Assembly: GCF_031769215.1 (NCBI RefSeq)
Contig: NW_026782322.1
Location: forward strand, 1 to 64,000
DNA: 64,000 nt
Origin: Ylistrum balloti
Taxonomy: Eukaryota
Direction: 5' to 3'
The notes beneath the pieces were generated by a model that saw only the letters and a list, made by a program, of their open reading frames with translations, was not told the origin of the DNA and did not search any database. Shown here piece after piece: positions 49,892-61,000 of this stretch (position 1 is its first letter; each line of letters starts with the position of its first letter). The translations under genes and the position numbers were made by a program.

Positions 49892-52879
49892 ATAAAACGA
49901 TCAGAGATTGCAGGGTTACCCATAGTTCATCACCATGGTTATGTAAGTGACCTACCAATCAAACATCGGTTTGCTATGAGGAAGTTTCATGGTGTCATGA
50001 GGTATTTAAGAAAAGACAACGTTATATCAGCTAAGCAAGTGGTAGAACCAGCATGGATAGATACAGCAGACATATGCACTGTCCACACTGAGGATTACGT
50101 ACACAGATTCCTGAATGGCTTGACAACAAAGAAGGAACAGCAAATCACAGGGTTTGAATGGAGTCCAGGCTTAGTCAGTCGATGCAGATATGAAACAGGT
50201 ACCTACAGGTAGGATGAATCCAGTATTTCATACCTTCTTTCGAAGGGTGTTGAAGCCATCCCTACAGCCTTTTGAAGCATTCAAATCTAAAAAGACAGAA
50301 TTATATTTTTCAGGAATGCCATTCAAAATACACAGGACCCCATTTAATCTGATAAAAAAAAAAATTATTCCAACCCAAATATTGTTAAGTCAGGGGGCCA
50401 ACTCAACCCTGTGAGTGAGTTGTTAGGTAAACCGATTACAGAGGAATGAATTAACATAGCTGACATTTTGAATATTAAGGAAATAGATGATGATATCTTG
50501 TATTAGATAATATTAGAATTGTTTTGTAGTCTATTCAAATAATAAATCATTGAAAGGGTTAAAAATTTCACAAAATTATGCTTTTGAAAAGGTGGGACTC
50601 TCTTAGCTGCCAGATTAGCACTGGAAAGGGGTATTGCTTGTAGCACAGGAGGAGGGACCCATCATGCTTTCCCTGGATATGGTTCTGGCTACTGTCTAAT
50701 TAATGACCTTGCCATCACGGCTGCGACCTTGATCAGGGATAAAATAGTAGACAGGGTGCTCATTGTTGACCTGGATGTTCATCAGGTAAAATAGTTGGAA
50801 TGGTCAGTGATGTCAAAGGTATTTGTTAAGAGAATACACATGAAGTTTGATATTACCTGAATGTTTACAGGCCTGTCTTATAAAGCAGTTCTTCCTGTTA
50901 AAGGGATCTGCATTATCTTACCCCACAAATGTAATGGATCATCTTAAATGAGTTTTTATTTCATATGGGATTTTATGGAAAGAAGTTTTTATTTTTTGAG
51001 CCTTCTAATGTAGTTGAAAAAAAAAATCAATTTTCATGCAACGTATTCTTGTACTTGATATGATTTCTCTTACCTCATGCTTTGTATCTGTGTCAGGGGG
51101 ATGGTACAGCAGCCATTTTCCAACACAACGATGATGTATTTACATTTTCCATCCATTGTGGTAAAAATTTTCCCCACAGAAAACAGTTGAGTGACCTAGA
51201 CATAGAGTTGGATCCCGGAACAAAGGTATTGAATTTAATTTCCAAGGCATTTCTTATATGTAGAATCTGGCACTCTGTGTTCCACACTATCCCCCACAAA
51301 AACAAAAAACCAACAAAAATTTCAGCCAGATCGAAATTTTCCAAATTGGCAAGGAAAAACATTGAAAATTTATACAAAAATCTTTTATCAGTATTTTTTC
51401 TCTTCATAAGAATTCAGATATATATATCTACTAGTTTGTTTGCTGAGTTCATTTCTTCATGAACAGCCAGGTGATTTTGAGGTAGGGTCTCATTATTATA
51501 GCTGGTGACTACCTCAATGAACAACATATCCAGAGCAGTTAGGGTAAAATGTCTCACACAAAGACACATCAGAACTGATCAGTCTGTTTCTCTGTAAATA
51601 ACATGTGGTTACATGGACCTACGCTACAACCATAATTATGTATTTTGTGGAAAAGAATGGTATTGATTTTCAGGAGTATTGCGTGGTAGATATATTTTTT
51701 CTTCAAATCAAGTATCAAGTTATCAATGTGAATTTTTCTCACAGTCATTCTTTGAAAATCGGGTATTAAATGAAGATGTATAAAACAACCAGTATGTTAA
51801 TTCATTGTTTAATGTTATGTAGGATGTGGAATTCCTCGAATGTTTATCAACACATCTACCTTGGGTGATTAACAGCTTTCGCCCCAACCTCATTTTATTT
51901 GATGCGGGTGTTGATCCACATGTTAAGGATGAATTAGGAAAATTGAATCTTTCTGATCAAGGTAAGTTCTAAAACTAATGCATCTGATCATAGTGAGTAA
52001 TGATCATATGTCCATATCTAGATTCAGTTTGTCAGACCAGGTTGAATAATAAATCTTATTTGTCTTATTAGAGTACCACTTCTAATATGTCTTATCAATG
52101 AGTGTACCACTTCCAATGTGTGTAATCATAGAGAGTTCCACTTCTAATGTGTCTGATCAGTGAGAGTATGTTTAATGTGTCTGACCATCGTGAATACCAG
52201 TAGTAATGTGTAAATAATAAAAACAAGATGTATGAAGATGCCATGGGTCTAGACCAATTTTCCAGATATATGATAGAAAATTCCCTATGATTATTACTTC
52301 TTAAAGGAACTGTGAAAACGTTGTTTCCAGGCATTGTTGGTACCCAATCCTGTACATGTATATCTTCTTTGATGAAAATTCCAGTAATTCACATATTTTA
52401 TATGATTTTTCAGGATTATTTGACAGAGATAGTTTTGTGATTGATACAGCATTCAACCTTGGCATCCCTATAGCAACGGTGATAGGAGGAGGTTATCAAC
52501 GAGACCTGGATATGTTGTCAAGAAGACACACTATAGTACACAGGGCGGCCATGAAGGTGATGTTGCTATTTATGTTTTTATAGCTTGAATATGTAGGAAA
52601 TTATAGATAATTTATTGTTAGAAAATATTGCAAAGAAAAAAGACAAAACAAATATCTCCCTTTTGACTGTTTTTTGAAATATTTATGGTGAATACAGGTA
52701 CACTCTGCAATCATATACATACACCTTTTCAACAATGGGGGACCCATACAGCATGTATTACTTTGAATTGAAGTGCTAGTAATTATTGTATAATAATAAT
52801 CATTAATTTCATTTTATATTTCCAGGTGTGGTGTCAGCAGACCCAGCACAATACAAGTACCTATGGCATTGCAGTGTGA
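49892..52879 (+). CDS. Zinc-dependent histone deacetylase superfamily protein, bacterial-like class IV-related (HDAC12 / SYNPCC7002_A1628-like); N-terminus unresolved
   Basis: Exons 49892-50198, 50592-50785, 51097-51225, 51823-51961, 52414-52556, 52826-52879 (stop). Motifs LPIVHHHGY..HRFAMRKF, GGGTHHAF, GSGYCLIND, VDLDVHQGDGT, TFSIHCGKNFP, FDAGVD, GGGY: catalytic His-His, zinc ligands and catalytic Tyr are intact. Candidate upstream coding exon 49271-49324 (MKCYFSHLSHVTLKTTYQ), possibly with 49780-49818. Confidence 0.9.
51495..51570 (-). mobile_element. Short internally deleted fragment of the SINE family at 39530-39797
   Basis: TACCTCAATGAACAACATAT is identical to the 39590 region and is followed by GGGTAAAATGTCTC...GACAC. 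Confidence 0.55.
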
Positions 52880-54925
52880 CAAGTTCTACAGGATTAGAAT
52901 TCTCAATGCATTATTGTTAGCAACTGTCTGTATCAATGATCTGACTTTACTTTTGTTCTGATGACATGAAGAAACCTGTAGAACAAGGCTGCTTTCATGT
53001 AAGCAGTTGAAATGGTTAGACTAGTTGATTCTGCAAGAAAAACACCAGGTACAGATTGAGTGAAATGGATGGTATCTTAATATTAGATCATTGTTTTATG
53101 CTCGAAAGGAAATTCTGAAACTATGCATTTTGAGCATTACATGTATCGGTTCCAATATCTTGTACATGTGTGTTCGTATATAGTGGAATAATTCTGTACT
53201 TCCTGTACTCCTCTAACCAGGTTACGTGAAAGCTGCCCAAGACTCCTTAAAAAAATCCTGAAAAACAAGCAGATCTTTGCTGCATTGTCCACCTCATTGG
53301 ATGTAAAACTTTGCTAGTAAGGACTTCTTTATCTCAAGTATCGAGACTTTTTTCTCTCGAATCAATACACATTGTACTCAGAGAATTTATCCCATAGTAT
53401 TAACTTGGATTTTACCTTGATTTCATATGTACACTATGTACATAATCTAAAGATGGTTATTTTGTGAAGAACCTAATAATTACTGTTTTCAGGGTGAAAT
53501 ATAAATAAAAAACCTGGAAAAACCTTAGAAAGAGATTTTGTATTGAACTGCATCGCCTGCTTTATCATTCATAACAAAACTACATTTAGTTTGCTTTCAA
53601 CCTGTGTAAGACTGCAAAAATTTGAACCATCTGAAAAAACAGATTTCACAGTTTGTAAGCAGTTTTGTCTGAAGAAAATTCTGTAAACGTACTTATTTTA
53701 CCAGCAATCGTTTCTTGCATTGAATGTTCTGTACTAAAATATGATTGTGCCAATGAAAGTTTTTGTTTGTTGTTGTGTATAAGTATTATTGTGGATGCCC
53801 AAATTCATCATTGCGCTAATCTGCCAAAAAAGATGAATTGAAGTATGTTAACAGTATTACAAGAATATATATATACACACCGAGATTGTGAACAGTTTGT
53901 CAATATCACATGTTCAGTTTGGCAGTTGTCTGGCAGTCGTTGGTTGTACAGGGCAATCCCATAATTGATTTTAAATACATGAATGATGCTTACAGCAAAT
54001 ATTAAAGAGAATACCATCTGGTCATGATTTGAAGGAACGATGTTGGATATAAGCAATCATAGATGTTTACTAATCTGTGATATTTAAGAAATTTAACCAA
54101 TGGATTCAAAATTATCTAGAGGGGGTCAACAGACAAACATGTACACTAGATAGCTGGGCATCAGATCTAGAGACCAATTTTTACATGTATCAATGGCAGG
54201 GTGTTTTATGAACCAGTGATCGAAATTAAAGATGCCACTTGTTGGCCAATTTGTTTTTAAATTGGTCTTTGAATTAAACATACTTAACAAGGAAGCATGG
54301 AGAACTTTCATCTTTAGCTTACATAGTGTTCAGGTGTTCATTGCATCAGATAAGGTTAAACTGATAATGAACTATATCTGATTGTTCTCGCATCACTAGT
54401 CCGAATAGTTGTGGTACAGGGGAGTTGTAGCATGAAATTTGATAAAGCTCCATTAAGGACTTCTCAAGAAATGAAAATAACATTTACAAGCACTCTTACA
54501 ATGATTTATCTACTGAAATGGTTTTATGTATATGTATAGTTCATCGTACATCTGGAGGATTCTTTTGTTTTTTTATAAACGGCACTAGATGCATTGATTT
54601 GTATGTATATGCAAACTTTTTCACTCTTACCCATTTGTTACAAAATATAAACATTTGTATAGCTTTAATTGCTTAAAATGTTCACATATGCATCAGTAGA
54701 AATTACATCTCAAAATTGCTCTCTTTAGCAGTTTTCCAATGTACAGAAATCTTGGAAGTTTATTCTTCTGCTAAAATGCAAGTGGTGACATGAAATATAT
54801 CAAGTGCTAATAAGTGTTATGACCGATCCGGAAAATAAGAGCTAAACTTGGAATATGTTTATAATATATATACATAAATCTCATACATAAACAAGTGTTC
54901 TATTTATAATCCTACTTAGAGAAAT

Positions 54926-57812
54926 TCACACAAGAACAGAAATACTTTCATTCTTTCTGACATAGTAGTACTTCTTGTTCTTATTTACTGTGGAGTCCAT
55001 AAGAATCTCATTATCCACACTAATATTAGGTAAATGTTTAAAGGGTTGCTGGGTCACCAGTAAATGGTGCACTGATTCTTTCATATTGCCCACCATCTTG
55101 GTTAGCACCATCTGTTTCATGCATGGCTGGCACGTCTCAAATGCATGTTTCAGTGAGGGTGTATGCATGGGGAAGGCAAACACATGGCTCTGAGAGATGT
55201 CCTCCTGTTGGTAGTGTGACAACATAGCTCTTGCACAGATTGCCAGATTAAGACTGGGGAGATTAAGAAACAGCTTCAACATTACGACCATTTCCAACAC
55301 ATGGTGCATTTTCTCCAAGTTGATGAGTTTCTGTTCCAATTTCACATTTGTTTTGAGAAAGTATTCAAGATTACTGTGTGTGACAAGCTCTTTTGCCAGG
55401 AATGTGAAGATATAGTCTTGCTGAAGTTTCTCTGCACCAATTTCTGCTAAAAGTTGAAGAGCATACACTCCTGCGAGGTTGGGCATGTGAAGCTTACCAA
55501 CATAGGAATCACGTACCATCTGTGCCACTGTAGTATTATTATTACGATGAACCATTGGTCGAAGCTCACCATTACTCAGCACTGTGAAGACATGTCTGAA
55601 ACATTCAACAAGCTCCGTGTATGATTTGCACTTGTACAGAACAGTCCAGAGATGATCTGTGAAATCAAAATCCTTTCTTTCATGGAACACCAGAGTATCC
55701 ATCACATTGTTGAATTCATCATCATTTGGCTCATCACCTGAGGTTGTCAGCTGACTGGCATCTCCATGCTTCAAGATCTCTAATAGACCCTATGGGTAAA
55801 AAAGACAATTTTGTAAAAAGTTGACACAATTCATGTATTTATAGCTACTCTCTCTGTGGCTCTCTTTCACCTCAACATATTTATAAATGGTTGCTCGGGA
55901 ATAATTAGAATAACACTTTGCACCAGTTAACAAAGGTTTATTTGCTTTTTATTAGTACCCATTTATTTACCAGTTCTTTGATTAATGAAAAAAAAGGAAA
56001 AAATGGTGCATATATGAAGTAAATATATATAAAATTACCTTGAGTTTGTCCATAACAGACGTCTCTTCTTCATACTCAATCCACCTTATTTCAGATGTAG
56101 TCAAACCTATGATAAATACATTTGTATCATCAGTGTATGTATAAATAATTCTGCAGTCTCACCATTACTTCAATTCATCTGTTCCAAAAATGTTCAACAT
56201 TATTTTTAAGATGGGAAACACAACAGGTCTGATTGGGTCCAATTTCATGATCAGGGAAAAATGAACAAGAGGTGCAATTGGCTTGTATAGTTTTGTACAT
56301 TTTTTGTAGCTCATGAAAAATGCACTAGAAATATAAATTGACTTTATCAGTCATTGAAATAAAAGATTAGGAAAAGTTAGGAAACTTTAATGTTTCATAT
56401 ACAGTGTATATTATAAACACTTCTTTCAAATAAATTTAAACTTCCAAGTAGACTAACATCAAATGATAGATTTCTTAGTAGTTGAAAATGTGAAATTTTA
56501 ACATGTTGAACTTCTGAAATCTGTCCAGAATGAATGAACAATGGGTGAACATTTTTGTGGATCTCAGTATTCTGGACGGATAGTAAATCTGACATCTGTG
56601 ATCTTTGAAGTGGCTTAACTTATATAATTAATTTAATAAAAAAAGGATAGACCCATATCATTTCTTCTTAATACTGAACAAATGTCATGGTGGTGGGGTC
56701 AGATTCTCCATTTACACAAAATTTTATTAGGCTTAACCCAAGGATGCCCTTGACCAAATTTTGTTCATATTTTTGAACATGTAGGTCTCTAGGTGCTATT
56801 AATACAGATCATAGAATCTTAATAATGGACCTGTGCAGTTTATATTTTCTATACCTATAATGTGAAGTTTGAGAGCTTCTAATGCGTTGTATAAACTATG
56901 AGCAGCACTTCTCATATCTCCTGGTAAAACCTTGGCTTTTATAACAGTTCTTGCATCCAAAGGGGGAGCACTGGCAAACTTTTTCCATCGTACCTCCAGC
57001 TGCAAAGAACCCTGGTATTTATCAACAGGCTGGCGATCATTTTCTTGGTGTGATTCAAAAAGATCATAATTTGCCTCACACTCTATTTCTTTCCCGGATA
57101 AATCCAGTTTATGGAAATTAGGCAAATGTGAATCATCACTCTTTGGATCCTTCACAAAGGCTGAAGAAATCCTCCAACCTGCCCATTTGTTTGACTCCAG
57201 TGCTTTCAAGTAGACTGGCTCAATATGCATACATGCTGTTCTTTTATGGTCCGAGCCATCACAGAGAATGAACAATGAGGGAATTTTGTTTACAGTTGCG
57301 CCTGTGTCCGGATCAGTGTCAAAGTTCTGGTTTCCACTTGACACATGGGATGAGTATGCAAGAGACATATATGATGCAATTTCTCTTGCCTTGTGCAAAG
57401 TAACACCGGTTGCCCTGACAACAGTTCTTTTTCTGACACTGAGTGATACATCAGAAGATGGAGATGAGAAACTGAAATCAGCATACGTCTGTAGCTTCAA
57501 TGGAGAGCCTTCTACTTCACTTTGACTATGGCTCACACTTCGTGGTTGTCGAGATTTTGATGAAATGTCATCGTTTGTGTTTATATCTGGTACAATGTAT
57601 TCTTCTTCTGTAACATCAGCATCTACCGATGAACTCACAAGAATAACGGGGAATTGGAAATCAAACAACTGCTGGGGAACTATATCGATAAGATTTTCTT
57701 CGTTCGCGACTGAAAATTTGCTGTCTTTAAACACCTTTTTCGTCTGTTTATCCGGATTATATAATAAAGTGTCTATCACCTCTTTAAACTCAAAAATATA
57801 CCTCTCATCCAT
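54926..57812 (-). CDS. ZWILCH: Protein zwilch homolog (RZZ kinetochore complex), 3 coding exons, 629 aa
   Basis: Exons 56855-57812, 56039-56106, 54926-55789 (GT-AG, phases 1 and 0, 1890 nt). Zwilch-like motifs: EGSPL, SLFILCDGSD, LEVRWKK..SAPPL..RTVIKAKVLPGDMRSAAHSLY, ERKDFDFTDHLWTVLYKCKSYTELVECF, PMVHRNNNTTVAQMV, QLLAEIGAEKLQQDY, KLINLEKMHHVLE. AATAAA at 54764-54759. Confidence 0.88.
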
Positions 57813-57851
57813 TTTAAAAGGACCACCATCAAACGTTTATGTCTATCCGCC

Positions 57852-57866
57852 TTTAAATCCAGCGCC
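57852..57866 (-). promoter_or_regulatory. CDE/CHR-like cell-cycle element upstream of ZWILCH
   Basis: Minus strand GGCGC-TGGA-TTTAAA (CDE, 4-nt spacer, CHR variant), 40 nt upstream of the ZWILCH ATG; CCAAT box at 57961-57965. Confidence 0.6.
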
Positions 57867-58006
57867 TTCCAGCAACCGGTGCGTGTATAAAAAAAAGTTC
57901 GAAGGGTTCCGTATTCGTTTGAAACATGTGAGTTGGTTGGTGCAAGTTACTCCAAACTAGCCAATGAAAGCGCTTGTCTCAGAAGATAGACGGATCTTGG
58001 ATAAAA

Positions 58007-61000
58007 ATGGCTGACGACTTTAAGTATGAACCGCACGTGGAATATACTTTCTTCCATTTTGTCCATGCATTTACGCTTATGTCCTTATTTTGGGGTGTTA
58101 ACTGTTAGGTATTGTCAGTGTCTGTCCTTATGTGGTGTTGTCTTGAGACGTGTTCGTGTCCAGGTGTGATCGGTGAGGAAGATGTGCGAGAGTGAATGTG
58201 TAGAGTAACAAAACTAGGGATACCCCTGGGTGCGGGACAGAACTACAGAATAACTACGTCGCTCTGGACGACCTCGGGAGTCCAGGCGCCACATATAGCG
58301 ACAGGTATACATTATAGATACGACCCGACGGTCGGTGGAAACCAGATAGCAAATATATATGTGCATGTCATTTCTAGGCCAGGGGTACAAATAAAGGAAC
58401 TTTAAACACACAACGAATTCTATTTGATGGTGTGACATTTGGCGCCCATGTAGGGACCCGGGAATCGTACTTCGCCATGCCCCACCGGCATCGCTATAAC
58501 CCTGGACGAGTTATTTCCTGGATGGGGAGTATGTAGCCCTAGTAAACTACTAGCCGCAATATACCATTCGGCTAGAGAGAACATCTCTTTAGCTCGATTG
58601 GTTGGGCGTCAGACTAGTAGGGTTCGATTCCTGGCGGAGGCATTGAAATAAAAAATGACCTCTGTTACACAATACTTAGCTAAACCTTTATTAAACAACA
58701 CTTGAATCTACTTTCTGTTTACTTTTTTGGCAGGATGGGAGTTGATGGTAGATTATTCGTAGTTTTATCAACTGAACACCACAGCATATTCCAAACAGTT
58801 ATATTATTCAAACTTTCATTCTTGTCCCAATAGAAAGGAATAGACATCGGAAGTTTCATCCTTTTGTCCATAAGCCAATTTTCAACTCTGTTATTGAACA
58901 CAAAACATTTAATTTGTTTTCCCTTCTCTTTTTAACAGAATAGCAAAGCCCATTGAATTCTATAAGAAGTTTCTGGTAAGTGAATAAGATATTACATGTT
59001 GTCAAGATAAATTTAAATGTATGTAGCGCCTTAAGACATCTGTTGTTATTTGTAGTTTTTAACAAGAATCCATACAGAGTCTTCCATAGAGGTTACCGTA
59101 ACTAGCATTATCTTTTGTGGAGAAATCATTAAGGAATGTAACATGAAAATGGTTACTAATAAGGTTCAAAGTACACAAATTATATAAGACATAATATAAT
59201 ATGTGTACAGTTTGATATTACCATTGTTATCAGATATATTCCATTATTGACAATCAGTCAGTATTAATCTGTACAGGAGAAAGATGTGCGACCAGATGGC
59301 AGGGAACTTGGAGAGTTCAGGCGAACAGTACTTAACATAGGTAAATTTGCCTAAATTTGATCAAAGGTTATATGAACACATGAGGTTACTTTTGTATCAG
59401 GTTGCTTGATTTGATTATAAGTCAATAATTAATAAAGTTCTGCTCAAGCCATAAGGAGAAATGATACTTTGAAGAATTTTAAAAAGAAAAAGATATATTC
59501 AGGAAACACTATGCCCGAGAAGGGGTACAGGGGCAGTTTCAAATAATATAATATAGATATCCAATTGCATCATGATGCTCCTTAAATTTATATATCTTTA
59601 AATATTACAGTCAATACACTCCTAGCTATAAAATATTTAATTACATCCCTTGGAAATACATGGAAATATAATCTCTATATTGATAATAGGATGTAGAGTT
59701 TAAATATCAGAATGGAATATTAATTATTTCTCTTGTAGGTTGTGTTACAACTGCTGAGGGCTCTGCTCTTGTCAAGCTTGGAAATACAACAATTATGTGT
59801 GGAATCAAGGCAGTAAGTGTTATTGTAGATCAACAATGAATACAGAACAATTAAGATACATTTTAAAGAAGAACTTGGTTATTGTCGTCAACTCATGTTC
59901 TAATTGCACTACAGAACTTTCCAGTACTGCAGGTAAAATTATATACAAATGCAACTGCAATTGTACCATAGATCAGTAGCAGTGATATTGATTTGAATGA
60001 AATATTAATACATTTCAAGTTCCAAACAAGAACATGGAAGGGGGCTAGAGCTTTGCATTGTCTGTCTGTCCCTTCCTTGGTCCTTCTATGCTCCATCTCC
60101 GACATTACTTGTCATTTGAACTTCATACTTGGGCTATGGATTCACCTTGGTAAGGCAGTGTGTCATGTATCAAAAATGGGTCACTCTTATCTATATTTAG
60201 AGCTTTGACCTACATCAAAGACTGTCTCCTACAATGCTAGTCACTGGAATTTCTTACATAGGGATAGATTCACTTGCAGAGTATTCATGGCAAATAATTC
60301 CTAATTTGGTAGAGGACTGTAATTCTACCAGATTTGATCGGGGACTGTAATTCATCGAATGGTCGTGTTTTCCTTTTTTGAATATCATGGAATTAATTTG
60401 GTCATTTTCACAATCATTAACTGCTTTTCTTGTGAAAAATTGTCTTCTTTTTTTAGGAACTAGCTGCGCCAAAGCCTGCTGAGCCAGATAGAGGATTCAT
60501 TGGTAAATGTTCAATTCTTTCATTTACTATTTTAATATCATATATTATATATATATATATATTGTTCTTTTGTTGAGTTATTGAGTAAGTCACATTTTCA
60601 CCCAAAATTTTAAGATTAAATCTGAATTGTCATTATAATGTCTATTGTGAATCAGCTCCATCAATTTAGCAGTAGTTGATTCATCTTACCTATGATTACT
60701 TTGATCACAGGTTTTCATTTTATTTTCCAATGTGTTTAGTGGATTACATATATACACACACGCACGCACGCACGCACATGCAATTACCTGACTTGTATTT
60801 AATATATATTTTGGATGTAACAAAAAATTACTTGTCACTACAGTGTACCTGTAGTTCAAGTATTGCTTTGCAATATTAAAATCAAGGCTACATGAACAAA
60901 AGGGTTACCCGAAGCATTCAATTTCAATTGATGGATCAAGCGAGGAACTTGTGAATAATTTGTAAAATATAAGAGAAAACGTTCTTTCTACTATTCAGGA

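Noticed and set aside
49892-52879. Calling the deacetylase HDAC11
   Set aside because: The N-terminal and internal signature motifs differ from HDAC11 and fit the HDAC12/SYNPCC7002_A1628-like group.
52958-52990. CTGATGA...GAAAC in the HDAC 3' UTR as a hammerhead
   Set aside because: No stem II, stem III or stem I pairing can be formed; other CTGATGA occurrences (e.g. 3948, 6325, 48241) fail in the same way.
58590-58640. tRNA gene
   Set aside because: A and B boxes are present, but the cloverleaf is incomplete (variable region and acceptor stem missing) and it is embedded in an LTR-like unit.
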